This document shows, piece after piece, positions 42,608-52,646 of a stretch of 64,000 bases of DNA. Every line of letters begins with the position of its first letter. The stretch's first letter is position 1. The notes below the pieces were generated by a model. That model had not been told where the DNA came from, did not search any database, and was given only the letters and a program-made list of their open reading frames with translations. The stretch comes from an uncultured archaeon (GTDB taxonomy: Archaea > Asgardarchaeota > Lokiarchaeia > Sigyniarchaeales > SOKP01). Position numbers and translations under genes: made by a program. The stretch covers positions 360,242 to 424,241 of the forward strand of contig CAZALK010000001.1 of assembly GCA_964486045.1 (NCBI GenBank), written 5' to 3'.

Positions 42608-43183
42608 TTGTCGAATGAAAAAATAGTGGAAATAACAATGCATTGCAGAGGTGGTCAAACTTGTATAACGGGAAGTCAATTATTGGCTAAGATGGCGTTT
42701 GAAAAAGGTTTTAAAGATACAATAGCTATTCCAATTATAGGAGCTGAGAGGAGAGGAGCTCCAATACAAGCTTTTACAAAGGTCTCAAAGGTTAAAACAA
42801 TTAAAACATACGACAGTGTAGTGAATCCTGATTATATACTATTGTTTGATATATCATTATTAGATATACCAAAAATTAGAGCGTCTATAAAGGAAGGAGT
42901 CACTCTCATTGTAAATAGCCCTGATCCAATAGACCCAGATGGATTCCCAAAAAATGTAAAGTTTTTTATAGTCGATGCTACAGGGATTTGCATTAAAAAA
43001 GAATTCATGCATTCTAGTGGCCCTATTTTAAATATTCCAATGTTAGGTGCTTTTGGTAAAGTCACAGGTTATTATGATTTAAAAATTATGGAAAAAGTTA
43101 TTAAAAAAGAATTTGGTGAAAAGAAAGGAGAAAAGAATATGAGTGTCGCTAAAGATGCCTACGAGAGTGTGAGAGGGAGTTAA
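42608..43183 (+). CDS. porC: Pyruvate/2-ketoisovalerate:ferredoxin oxidoreductase gamma subunit
   Basis: RGGQ, GAERRGAP, VDAT, NIPMLGA. Confidence 0.9.
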   Translation: MSNEKIVEITMHCRGGQTCITGSQLLAKMAFEKGFKDTIAIPIIGAERRGAPIQAFTKVSKVKTIKTYDSVVNPDYILLFDISLLDIPKIRASIKEGVTLIVNSPDPIDPDGFPKNVKFFIVDATGICIKKEFMHSSGPILNIPMLGAFGKVTGYYDLKIMEKVIKKEFGEKKGEKNMSVAKDAYESVRGS

Positions 43184-43185
43184 TC

Positions 43186-43539
43186 GTGTCGAAATCAAAA
43201 TCACAAAAATGGAAAAATATTAATAAATCAAAAAAAGAACGTCCAAAACTTCAAGAATATAAAAATTGGAAAGAATTGCCACCCATTCCCATTTCCTTGC
43301 CTATTGAGGGAAGTATTGGGACCACTGGAGACTGGAGAACTTTTAGACCCGTAATCAAGGAAAGCTGCAATCAATGCGGTCTCTGTTTTATTTTTTGCCC
43401 AGAAGGCGTAATAAGGAGAAAAGAAGATGGATCTTTTGAAATTGAGCTTAAATATTGTAAGGGCTGTGGAATATGTGGTAAGGAATGTCCATCAAATTCA
43501 ATTGAAATGATTAGAGAGAGTAATATACACGATGGCTGA
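43186..43539 (+). CDS. porD: 2-oxoacid:ferredoxin oxidoreductase delta subunit, 2x[4Fe-4S]
   Basis: TGDWRTFRP, CNQCGLCFIFCP, CKGCGICGKECP. Confidence 0.93.
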   Translation: MSKSKSQKWKNINKSKKERPKLQEYKNWKELPPIPISLPIEGSIGTTGDWRTFRPVIKESCNQCGLCFIFCPEGVIRRKEDGSFEIELKYCKGCGICGKECPSNSIEMIRESNIHDG

Positions 43540-44788
43540 AGCACAAAAAGATTTTATCCAAGAAAGAGAAACCAAAATTATTAAAGGAAATGTAGCAGCT
43601 GCTTATGCCGCAAAATCAGCGCGCGTTCAAGTAATCAGTGCATATCCAATAACTCCTCAAACTACTGTTGTAGAAAAATTGTCTGAATTTGCGGACAACG
43701 GAGAAATGCCTGGAACTCAATATATTCGGGTTGAATCCGAGCATAGCGTTTTTGCTTCGGTTGTGGGTGCTAGTAAAGCAGGAACGAGAACTTTCACAGC
43801 TACCTCAGGTCAAGGCATATTTTATGCTCATGAAATGATTCACTGGGCTGCTGGAGCGAGACTCCCTATTGTTGTTGCGATTGCTTCGAGAGCTCCAGCT
43901 CCTCCTTGGAATATTTGGGCAGACTTTACTGATGTGCTAAGTCAAAGGGATACAGGATGGATGAGTTCATTTTGTGCCTCTCATCAAGAAATTTATGACG
44001 AGATTTTAATGTCTTATAAAGTGTGTGAAGATCATGAAATATTACTTCCAAAATTTATAGCGTATGGTGGTTTTATTCTATCTCATACATCAAAACCAGT
44101 TATAATCGAAGACCAAGATCTTGTAGATGAATTTCTACCTTCTTTACCTGGTGAAGAGGGATGGCCTCATATATGGATAGATCCTAAAAGACCTATGATG
44201 TTTGGAAATCTTATTATGCCGTCAAGTTTTTATTATGAATTTAGGATGAAAATTCATGATGCCTTTATAAGAGCAAAAGAAAAAATTAAAGAAGTAGCAA
44301 TTGAGTTTGAAAAGACATTTGGAAGAGAGTATGGAAACGGATTAATTCAAGAATACCATTTGGATGATGCGAAAATTGGTGTTGTAATTTATGGTGATTT
44401 AGCATTGCAGATGGAGCAAGCTATTGATGATTTGAGGGAAGAAGGATATAAAGTAGGTATGGTAAAGTTAAGGCATTTTCGACCGTTTCCCGTAGAAGAT
44501 ATAATAGACTCAGTCAAAAAAGTTGATATTATTGGGATTATTGATAGAGCAACAGCATTCGGATCTCAAACTGGTGGTCCTGTCAGTTGTGAGGTAAAAT
44601 CAGCTTTACATGGTACAGAAGTGAAAACTAAAGTTTTACCAATCATCAATGGATTAGGAGGAAGGGAAGTTTCTCTCGAACAACAAAAAAATCAATTAAA
44701 GATGTTGGTAAAATTAGAAGAAACTGGAGAGTTACCAAATGACATTTTGCATGGAACTCTCTGGGATGGGTTATTGGAGGTTGAATAA
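43532..44788 (+). CDS. porA: 2-oxoacid:ferredoxin oxidoreductase alpha subunit
   Basis: AYPITPQT, VESEHS, FTATSGQG, RPFP. Confidence 0.94.
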   Translation: MAEAQKDFIQERETKIIKGNVAAAYAAKSARVQVISAYPITPQTTVVEKLSEFADNGEMPGTQYIRVESEHSVFASVVGASKAGTRTFTATSGQGIFYAHEMIHWAAGARLPIVVAIASRAPAPPWNIWADFTDVLSQRDTGWMSSFCASHQEIYDEILMSYKVCEDHEILLPKFIAYGGFILSHTSKPVIIEDQDLVDEFLPSLPGEEGWPHIWIDPKRPMMFGNLIMPSSFYYEFRMKIHDAFIRAKEKIKEVAIEFEKTFGREYGNGLIQEYHLDDAKIGVVIYGDLALQMEQAIDDLREEGYKVGMVKLRHFRPFPVEDIIDSVKKVDIIGIIDRATAFGSQTGGPVSCEVKSALHGTEVKTKVLPIINGLGGREVSLEQQKNQLKMLVKLEETGELPNDILHGTLWDGLLEVE

Positions 44789-44791
44789 GAG

Positions 44792-45733
44792 ATGGTAACC
44801 CTAAAAGAAGCGTTAGATTCATGTCAAGAAGAGCTTTTCCTCCCGGGCAACTCTTGCTGTGCTGGTTGTGGTCTTGAGATTGCGCTTAGATGGGCAATGA
44901 AAGCTTTAGGTCCTAATACAGCACTTGTTACCCCCGCTTCATGTTTAAATGTTGTTATTGGGTTATGGCCCAAAACGGCACCAAATTTTCCATTTACGAA
45001 TATGGCATTTGCGGCCGGAGCAGCAGCAGCTACAGGAATGAAAGCTGCCTTCGATGCAAAAGCTTATAAGTTCCCAAATAGAGGATGGGATGAAATAACT
45101 ACGTTAGTGTTTGCGGGAGATGGAGGTACAGCAGACATAGGTATTCAAGGTCTAAGTGGAGCTGCAGAAAGGGATACAGATATAATATATTGTTGTTATG
45201 ATAACGAGGCATATATGAACACTGGAATTCAGCGTTCTTCAAGCACCCCTCACGGAGCAATAACTACCACCACAACTCTTGGAAAAGAAAGGTTTAAGAA
45301 AAACCTTCCTGCTATTTTAGCAGCACATGATATACCTTATGTTGCAACTTGTAGTATAAGCGACCCACTTGATATATATGATAAATTTAAAAAAGCTAAA
45401 TCGATTAAAGGTTGTAAATATATCCACATTTTAGCTCCTTGTCCTCCTGGTTGGGGTTTTATTTCGGAAAACTCAATTGAAGTCGCACGATTGGCTGTAA
45501 AGTCAGGTTCCTGGATATTATTTGAAGTTGAAAATGGTATTATGACTTTATCTAAGCAGAGTAAAGCGTTAATAGATGCTTCTAAGAGAGTTCCATTAGT
45601 TGATTATCTTTCTAAACAAAAAAGGTTCTCAAAAATTTCCGAAAAGGATTTAATAGAACTCCAAGGAAGACTGAATCAGAATTGGGAAAAAATAACCGTA
45701 GAATTGAGTTGTCAAGAGGAATACTCAAAATAA
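44792..45733 (+). CDS. porB: 2-oxoacid:ferredoxin oxidoreductase beta subunit (TPP-binding)
   Basis: CAGCG, GDGGTADIG, DNEAYMNTGIQRS, PCPPGW. Confidence 0.94.
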   Translation: MVTLKEALDSCQEELFLPGNSCCAGCGLEIALRWAMKALGPNTALVTPASCLNVVIGLWPKTAPNFPFTNMAFAAGAAAATGMKAAFDAKAYKFPNRGWDEITTLVFAGDGGTADIGIQGLSGAAERDTDIIYCCYDNEAYMNTGIQRSSSTPHGAITTTTTLGKERFKKNLPAILAAHDIPYVATCSISDPLDIYDKFKKAKSIKGCKYIHILAPCPPGWGFISENSIEVARLAVKSGSWILFEVENGIMTLSKQSKALIDASKRVPLVDYLSKQKRFSKISEKDLIELQGRLNQNWEKITVELSCQEEYSK

Positions 45734-45964
45734 ATTACAAATTTTTTCAATCTACACTTTTCATTGTTAATTTTTTTAGTATGACATTTACAACTTGTTA
45801 ACAATTCTTCACAAAATGAGCTAAAAGAAAAAAATTTCTTTTTCAAATTTGAAATTCTGCACTCAATAATATCATTACCTCTGATCTAATAAAACAAATT
45901 TATAATTAATATTGATTTTTTCAATTTAATGAACTTAAATATAGAACAAACTTAGCTAATATTA

Positions 45965-46624
45965 ATGGGATTTTTAGTAAAGCTTGCTGGGAAAGAATTG
46001 AAGGAAATATCCTTCTATTTAGAGATTGCTGTTGAAAATATTATTGAGGGAAAAATAATTTCTTTTCCCACTAATTCAGTTTATGGTATCGGAGGTAACC
46101 CCTTAAATTTAAATGTAATCAACAGATTATATGATATTAAGTTTCGAGACAGATCTAAAGGGTTTCTGTTATTGGCTTCTGATATTGAAGAAGCTTTAAA
46201 AATTGCTGAATTTAACGACTTAGCTCATAAATTAGCGAACCATTATTGGCCAGGTCAGTTAACACTAATATTAAATAAAAAGGCCCAAAATATAATACCA
46301 CCAGAAGTCACTGCCTTTAAAACCACTATTGGTTTGAGAGTTCCTGAGAATGAAATTATTTTGGAAATATTAAATATTTTGAAATCGAAAGGACATCTTG
46401 GAGTTATTATAGGCACTTCAGCAAATTATTCAGGAGAACCTCCGTGTATTAGTGGGGGAGAAGTTGCAAAAAAAGTATTAAGTCCGATTGATCTAATCAT
46501 TGATGGTGGTAAATCTAAATCCCAACTTTCAACTACGATTGTAGACTGTTCGACATCAGAACCAAATTTCTTAAGAATAGGGAAAATACCTCAGGAAGAG
46601 ATATTAGAGCTTTTATCAAAATAA
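45965..46624 (+). CDS. tsaC: L-threonylcarbamoyladenylate synthase (Sua5/TsaC, YrdC domain only)
   Basis: FPTNSVYG, KFR, WPGQLT, GLRVP, TSANYSG, STTIVD. Confidence 0.93.
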   Translation: MGFLVKLAGKELKEISFYLEIAVENIIEGKIISFPTNSVYGIGGNPLNLNVINRLYDIKFRDRSKGFLLLASDIEEALKIAEFNDLAHKLANHYWPGQLTLILNKKAQNIIPPEVTAFKTTIGLRVPENEIILEILNILKSKGHLGVIIGTSANYSGEPPCISGGEVAKKVLSPIDLIIDGGKSKSQLSTTIVDCSTSEPNFLRIGKIPQEEILELLSK

Positions 46625-46638
46625 TGAAAGTGATATAA

Positions 46639-47154
46639 ATAAAAAATTTTAATTTATTAATTTCAACTTCTAGATATAATGAGACAAATTCCTGTGCAGA
46701 ATTATGGTTTACTCTACTAATATGTGGTGATAAATATCCAATAATATCAAGAATAACGTTTCCTGGGTTAATTACTGCATTAACTGAGATTGATGCCAAA
46801 ACAGTAATCCAAAAAATCCGAAAAATATTGAAAAATGATACCCAATTTTTCCAATATATCCTGAAAATTGTCCCTATAGATTATGTGTGTGAATCTAACA
46901 CTAAAAAATTAGCAAATTTGATACAGGATAATTATAAAACATATATTAAGGATAAAGATTCTTTTAAAGTGGTTTTAAAGCGAAGGAAACATGAGAAAAT
47001 AGAAAGGCATACGTTTATTGAACGAGTCACCAAAGGTATCAATAATAAAGTTGATCTTGAAAACCCAGATAAAGTAATTAGGATTGAAGTATTAGGGAAT
47101 TTTAGTGGTGTGTCCTTTTTAGAGAAAAAAGAAATCATTCAAAGAGATGAGTAA
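46639..47154 (+). CDS. THUMP domain RNA-binding protein (Tan1-like); probable ATA start
   Basis: Frame is open from ATA 46639 (IKNFNLLISTSRYNE...ELW...GD...GLI) through THUMP motifs (KIVPID, VDLENPD, IEVLG). The ORF-track start at 46828 truncates it. Confidence 0.85.
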   Translation: MKNFNLLISTSRYNETNSCAELWFTLLICGDKYPIISRITFPGLITALTEIDAKTVIQKIRKILKNDTQFFQYILKIVPIDYVCESNTKKLANLIQDNYKTYIKDKDSFKVVLKRRKHEKIERHTFIERVTKGINNKVDLENPDKVIRIEVLGNFSGVSFLEKKEIIQRDE

Positions 47155-47161
47155 GGACTGT

Positions 47162-47851
47162 TTAAGTTGATTTTATTTTTTCTAAATTTAGTAAGGCCAT
47201 TTTTTCACTGATTAGATCAAAGATCACCATTGATATATCACTTAGGTTGCTTTTCAGCTTATCCCGATTAATGTTTTTAATTCCATAAGATTTTAATACA
47301 GAGCTAATTTGAGAATCAGAAAATTCATAAATTTGTATAATTTCAGTAATCTTCTTAGGCGTCAAGTCATTTAAAGTAATATCTATCTCGTGTGCGCTTA
47401 GAAACTCTAATAAATCATTAAGAATATTTTTAAGGTTATTAATGGGAGAGATAATGCAGGTTGTAAATTTACCCTTATTTAAATCATCAGAATCAAGGCC
47501 AAATAGTTTAATACCCCTACTTATTTGCCTATGGGTTGACAAATATAATATTAATTCAATAGCTTTCTTATTAGATATAAGAGTTTCATGGAATAGAGCT
47601 TTTTGCAGATAATAACATGCTACAAATATATGTTCCTGGTTTAAAACATATTTATCTTTAATTATTTGTATTGTCGATTCTTTGTTTTTATTTTGAAGTT
47701 CTTCAATCTTTTTAAAAAAATAATTTGATGCTTCTTCTTGGTCAGAAAGTTCCTTAACTTCCATAAATTTTCGTAATTCAAATTCTATCTGACTAATTCC
47801 AATAAAATATTTTAAATCCATTTCTTTAATATAAAATTCTTTTACAATCAC
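47162..47851 (-). CDS. cgi121: KEOPS subunit Cgi121-like protein (extended)
   Basis: HIFVAC..LQKA....ISNKKAIELILYLSTHRQISRGIKLFG; EKMALL tail; GTGA overlap with the ecfT stop. Confidence 0.82.
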   Translation of the reverse strand: MIVKEFYIKEMDLKYFIGISQIEFELRKFMEVKELSDQEEASNYFFKKIEELQNKNKESTIQIIKDKYVLNQEHIFVACYYLQKALFHETLISNKKAIELILYLSTHRQISRGIKLFGLDSDDLNKGKFTTCIISPINNLKNILNDLLEFLSAHEIDITLNDLTPKKITEIIQIYEFSDSQISSVLKSYGIKNINRDKLKSNLSDISMVIFDLISEKMALLNLEKIKST

Positions 47852-48615
47852 ACAGGTAAACTCCATGAAAAGAATTCAGGCATTAGATTAAAAAATATTT
47901 TTAAGATTATAAATGCTGTGAGAAAGAATATCAAATAGAGAGTAAAAATCCAATCCTTTAAGGAGTATTTAATAGTATAATAATATGTACGTTCTTTGTT
48001 ACTCCCAAATGCTCTTGATTCTAGAGCTTCTGCTACATTAAAAGCTCTTTTAATTGAACATATAATCAGTGGAATTAATAAAGGAAATAAATTTTTAATT
48101 TGGTTAATAATCCCTTTTTCTTGCATTTCATACCCTCTACTTTGTTGAGCGTCTATGATATTTTGAGCTTCTTTTGCGATTGTTGGTACAAATCTAAATG
48201 CTAATGAGAAAGCAAATGCAAATTCATACGGTAGTTTCATTGAAATTAAAGATAAAGCTAAATTATTCGGATCCACAGTCAAAAAAAAGATTGAAAATGC
48301 AGAAACCATTATGAAAATCCTCAGTATCATAGCAACTGAAAAAGACAAGGAGATAAATAATGTGTTTAAAACTATTATAAAAATGACCAAGAAAGATAAA
48401 CCGCTTAGACTTTTAATCCATTGCCTAAAAATTTTTCCAATAATTACCAGCGGGATTAGACTTAGAAATATTATCAATAAAGGAACAATTTTTTTGAATA
48501 ATAACCCTATAATCGTATAAATTATAGCCAGAAATAGCTTAGCGCGAGGATCTAAATTATGTAAAAAAGATTCCTTTTTCATAAATTTAAAAGCATTAAG
48601 AAATTCTAAAGACAT
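47848..48615 (-). CDS. ecfT: ECF transporter transmembrane subunit T
   Basis: LHNLDPRAK, RFVP, AQQSRG, ALESRAF; start probably ATG 48615. Confidence 0.93.
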   Translation of the reverse strand: MSLEFLNAFKFMKKESFLHNLDPRAKLFLAIIYTIIGLLFKKIVPLLIIFLSLIPLVIIGKIFRQWIKSLSGLSFLVIFIIVLNTLFISLSFSVAMILRIFIMVSAFSIFFLTVDPNNLALSLISMKLPYEFAFAFSLAFRFVPTIAKEAQNIIDAQQSRGYEMQEKGIINQIKNLFPLLIPLIICSIKRAFNVAEALESRAFGSNKERTYYYTIKYSLKDWIFTLYLIFFLTAFIILKIFFNLMPEFFSWSLPV

Positions 48616-48628
48616 GTAATCTACCTCT

Positions 48629-49495
48629 TTAAACACTCCTTGAGTTGTTTTTAATAAATTGTATTAAATATTCGGTTACATCAGATTTCGAAAATAATGT
48701 ATCAGTGTTTTGAAAACCGTTCATTTGTAAAGCTAACGATAATTGTCGAGATTGTGGTAATACAAGTGATGCCTTTTCAATTAATTCCTCACCATTTAAT
48801 ACTTTTTGTGTAGGTCCATCTGCAATTATCTTCCCATCTGCCATTAAAATTGTTCTTGGTATATGTTCAAAGGCGAATTCGATATTATGGGTAATAATTA
48901 TTATTGTTTTGTCATTTTTTCTTTCTTTTTGGATTAAGCTTAGGAAAAATTCAATCTCTCTCGCATCTTGTCCTAACGTAGGTTCATCGAAGACTAAAAT
49001 ATCTGGATTTCTACAAAATATTGAAGCGATAGCTAATTTTTTTGATTCCCCTCCTGAGAGATTTAGAGGAGAACGGTCTTTATATTTCTCAAGATTGAAT
49101 TGTCTTAAAATTTTATTTGTTCTTGTTTGACTCTCTTCTTTATTTAAATTAAAACTTTTTAAAGAAAATTTAATTTCATCCTCCACTGTGTTAGCAAAGA
49201 GCTGATGAGACGCATTTTGAAATATTAACCCCACTTTTTTTGATAATGTCGCTATTGTAGTGGTTTTTATATTAGTGTTGTTAATATAAATATCACCTTG
49301 TGTTGGTCTGATTAGCCCATTTAAAGTTCGTATTAGCGTTGTCTTACCTGCTCCATTTTTACCCATAATTCCAACGAGTTCTCCCCCATAGAGATTTAAA
49401 TTGATGTCTTTTAAAGCAGCAGTACCATTCGGATATTTATAAATAACATTTTTGATCATTATCAGAGGTAATTCTGTGCTTATATAACTCACCAT
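48629..49495 (-). CDS. ecfA: ECF transporter ATPase (A')
   Basis: GKNGAGKT, FQN, LSGGE, DEPTLGQD, TH. Confidence 0.93.
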   Translation of the reverse strand: MVSYISTELPLIMIKNVIYKYPNGTAALKDINLNLYGGELVGIMGKNGAGKTTLIRTLNGLIRPTQGDIYINNTNIKTTTIATLSKKVGLIFQNASHQLFANTVEDEIKFSLKSFNLNKEESQTRTNKILRQFNLEKYKDRSPLNLSGGESKKLAIASIFCRNPDILVFDEPTLGQDAREIEFFLSLIQKERKNDKTIIIITHNIEFAFEHIPRTILMADGKIIADGPTQKVLNGEELIEKASLVLPQSRQLSLALQMNGFQNTDTLFSKSDVTEYLIQFIKNNSRSV

Positions 49496-49504
49496 TTATT
49501 TTTG

Positions 49505-50344
49505 TTATATTTTTTTCAAGATTTTTATAGCGTCTGGGATTGAATGAGGAATCCGTCCCTCAAATAAGTTTTCTTCTCTTAATTTCATAAATATTGAATA
49601 AATTACTGGTTTGTTTAAATTTAATTTTTGGAAATTGTCCCCATTGATGACTTTTTCTAGTGAATTTATTTCAATAACTCCCCCATCTTTCATCAAGATC
49701 ATTTGGTCCGCGAAAGGGAGCAACAAATCCAATCGATGTTCACTTATCAGAATTGTAATTTTTCTTTCTAATTGAATCTCTTTCAAAAGGTTAATAATCT
49801 TTTTTGCCATTTTGGGATCTAATAATGCAGTTGGTTCATCTAAGATTAAAAGTTTTGGTTCTAATACTAAAATTGAAGCAATTGCAACCCGTTGTTGTTC
49901 ACCTCCACTTAATTCGAAGGGTGCTTTATCGAGAATGTGTTCTATCTCTGTCAATGAAGCGCTTTCTTCGATTTTTTGAGCAATTTTTTTTTGGGGTATA
50001 CCCAGATTTTCTAAACCAAATGCTATTTCGTGTTCTACACTCATAGCAATTAACTGATTTTCCGGGTTTTGAAAGACTATACCTACTTCAGTTGATAAAT
50101 TAGCAACAGATGTTTCAACTGTGTTTATTTCATTTATAAATACTTTACCCTTGTAAAAACCAGAATAAAATTGTGGAATTAAGCCATTCATACACCTAAT
50201 TAAGGTAGTTTTGCCAGAACCAGTTTCTCCACAGAGCAACACGAAATTGTCGTTTTTTTCTATTCTTAAATTAATGTTGTTTAAAGCATACTCTTCATTT
50301 CCTTTATAACGATAAAAAAATTTTTCGAATCTTATTAAATCCAT
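49505..50344 (-). CDS. ecfA: ECF transporter ATPase (A)
   Basis: GETGSGKT, FQNPENQ, AFGLEN, LSGGEQQR, DEPT. Confidence 0.93.
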   Translation of the reverse strand: MDLIRFEKFFYRYKGNEEYALNNINLRIEKNDNFVLLCGETGSGKTTLIRCMNGLIPQFYSGFYKGKVFINEINTVETSVANLSTEVGIVFQNPENQLIAMSVEHEIAFGLENLGIPQKKIAQKIEESASLTEIEHILDKAPFELSGGEQQRVAIASILVLEPKLLILDEPTALLDPKMAKKIINLLKEIQLERKITILISEHRLDLLLPFADQMILMKDGGVIEINSLEKVINGDNFQKLNLNKPVIYSIFMKLREENLFEGRIPHSIPDAIKILKKI

Positions 50345-50394
50345 GCGTAAAGTAAATCAAGTTTCAATTTTGAATTATAATAATCCTTGATTAA

Positions 50395-51417
50395 TTAAAA
50401 TTTAGATCGCAAAATCAGTTTTATTTTATCCACGATTTTAAACAGATAAGTATCTAAACTAGTTTCAAAAGTCAATGCTGCAGCACCATCATGTCCTCCT
50501 CCACTTCCCCCAAGATTATTTGAAAGTTCTTCAAAAATTTTTCCTAAATGCAATCCGGTTTTTAAACAAATACTTTTCTTGGCCCTGCTATGGATCACAT
50601 ATTGATTTTTCTCCTTTGAATGAGTAATGCAAACATCACACCCTATAGATATTATAGCTGTAGCAACTTTAGCACCAAAACTACTAACATTAGTTATCCC
50701 TATTAAATATGATCCTTCACGAATTAGTTCTAATCTTTGCAAGCCTTTAATTTTTGCTATTTTTTCTGAGATATTGACATCTCTATTCAATAACAACTTA
50801 ACTTCTTGAAAATTTAAATCCTTACCTAATAATCCAGCAATATTTTTTATTGTATTATTGGTTCCATATTTAAAAAAGCCAGAATCAGTTAAAATTGCGG
50901 TAATCACGAGATATTTATATGGAAGAGGTAAATCTAGAGAAAAATTCTCAAAAAATGTTAAGATGATTTCAGCTGTAGAGGAAAAATCATCATCTATTAA
51001 ATTTAGATGACCCAAATTTGCATTATCTGATTTCTCTTCATTGTAGTGATGGTGATCAATGATAATATAAGGGATTCCTATTTTTATTGTTTCTTTTTCT
51101 CCGTTAAATCGTATTTGACTAATAGAATTTGCATCAATTATAAGGCACACATCGAAATTCATGAGATGTATATCCTTCCGATAAGAAAAATTAAAATTGG
51201 GGAATTTTTTGTTAAACTTAGACATGTATATCTTGGTAGTTTTTGTTAATTCTGACAAAAAAATGGAGACATTGGGATTTTTTAGATATTCAAATAAAAA
51301 GAATTTGAAAGCAAAACAAGATGCGAGCCCATCAATATCTACTAAATCATGGGTAGCGATAATGATTTTCTTGCCTTTCAAATAGGTTAAAACATCATTA
51401 AACTTTGAGTTTAACAT
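50395..51417 (-). CDS. DHH family phosphoesterase (exosome-operon associated)
   Basis: THDLVDIDG, IDHH, TDSG, GGGH. Confidence 0.92.
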   Translation of the reverse strand: MLNSKFNDVLTYLKGKKIIIATHDLVDIDGLASCFAFKFFLFEYLKNPNVSIFLSELTKTTKIYMSKFNKKFPNFNFSYRKDIHLMNFDVCLIIDANSISQIRFNGEKETIKIGIPYIIIDHHHYNEEKSDNANLGHLNLIDDDFSSTAEIILTFFENFSLDLPLPYKYLVITAILTDSGFFKYGTNNTIKNIAGLLGKDLNFQEVKLLLNRDVNISEKIAKIKGLQRLELIREGSYLIGITNVSSFGAKVATAIISIGCDVCITHSKEKNQYVIHSRAKKSICLKTGLHLGKIFEELSNNLGGSGGGHDGAAALTFETSLDTYLFKIVDKIKLILRSKF

Positions 51418-51425
51418 AAAGTCAT

Positions 51426-51791
51426 TTAAGCGCCTTTATTTTGAAGATCAGACTGAATAGAATTAGTTAATGTTTTAATTTGATTTTCCAATCTTGATTT
51501 TTTCTGATCTAACGTTTTTAATCTCATTTCAAGAGTTACTTTTAGGCTTTTCTTCTCATCAAGCAACTTATTTTTTTCACTTAAAATAAGAATTCCTCCT
51601 AAAGACTTGTAAACCACCGTGTCATCTGAGCTAATCTTTTCCAATTCTTCAACTGCAAATTCAGTTTCTCTAAGATAAGAATCTGTCTGTCTTCTTTGAG
51701 TCTCGATAATTTCAAAAGTTTGTTGTAAGTTAGCTAAATTCTGGATCTTATTTTTTTGTTCTTCATCTAAATCATCAAGATTAATTGTCAT
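51426..51791 (-). CDS. pfdB: Prefoldin beta subunit
   Basis: Coiled coils flanking a VYKSLGGILI hairpin; conserved operon position. Confidence 0.92.
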   Translation of the reverse strand: MTINLDDLDEEQKNKIQNLANLQQTFEIIETQRRQTDSYLRETEFAVEELEKISSDDTVVYKSLGGILILSEKNKLLDEKKSLKVTLEMRLKTLDQKKSRLENQIKTLTNSIQSDLQNKGA

Positions 51792-51846
51792 ATATTCTCT
51801 TCCTTATTCCTGATTTAAATTATTGGTTAATGTAATATTCTTTTTC

Positions 51847-52119
51847 TTAAGTAATTTCTGTTATACCTATAGTATTATCAATTATCTTCCCAAAACTTAT
51901 AATTTCGTTAACCGATGCCCTAAAAGCCGTGATATCATTACTCTCGATTTTAAAAAAAAGGATGTCATGGGTTTTTTTCTCTATTAAAACTTTAGAACGT
52001 TTAGTTTGTAACTTCTCTATCTCAGGGATGAATGAGTTGTAAGATATATCTCGACTCTCAGAATTATTAAATTTTAATTCTATTAGTGATTCAATTGAAA
52101 AAATTTTACTTTGATTCAT
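51847..52119 (-). CDS. pcc1: KEOPS subunit Pcc1
   Basis: PE..KLQTKRSKV...IESNDITAFRASVN; operon position. Confidence 0.88.
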   Translation of the reverse strand: MNQSKIFSIESLIELKFNNSESRDISYNSFIPEIEKLQTKRSKVLIEKKTHDILFFKIESNDITAFRASVNEIISFGKIIDNTIGITEIT

Positions 52120-52403
52120 TATTCTTCAATCGCTTCTAATTCTCTTTGCTTACGTTTACTTATTCGGAAGGACTCAGCCCCACGAGGAGTTTCGATAAAA
52201 TATGCTCCACCAGTAAAACGTGCACCGCATTTTTTACAGTGCCAAATTCCTGTTGATATTCTATGTGTAGTACCTTTAGTTTGGCACTTTGGACAGATTA
52301 AATCTCCTTTCATTTTTTCTAAAATAAGTCTCCAACGTTTTCTGAGTGTAGATCCATATCTAGCTTGGAAACGCCCACTTATGCCAACTTTTTTCGTAGT
52401 CAG
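52119..52403 (-). CDS. rpl37ae: 50S ribosomal protein L37Ae (eL43)
   Basis: TKKVGISGRF.ARYG, CPKC, GIWHCKKC, FTGGAY. Start is CTG 52403 or GTG 52412. Confidence 0.96.
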   Translation of the reverse strand: MTTKKVGISGRFQARYGSTLRKRWRLILEKMKGDLICPKCQTKGTTHRISTGIWHCKKCGARFTGGAYFIETPRGAESFRISKRKQRELEAIEE

Positions 52404-52646
52404 AAAAATCACATCAATATTTTATATGATTTTAATTTTTAACTGTAAATTAATTTTACGATTTTCTTCCAAATCTATCCTTCTTCAATTTTTAGGTGTT
52501 TTTGAAATGGTTAGGATCAAAAATCCCTATGGAACGTTTAAAACTCTAAGAGAAGGTAAATTAATTTAAGACAAAAATATAACTGACAACTAATAACGTT
52601 ATAGGCATTTACTTAAAAAGAATAAAAAAGAATAAAATAATCTATC

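Noticed and set aside
52111-52569. 152-aa plus-strand ORF
   Set aside because: Antisense to rpl37ae. Likewise the many 60-150 aa ORFs lying inside purB, cdc48, pfk, rrp41, psmA and others are shadows.
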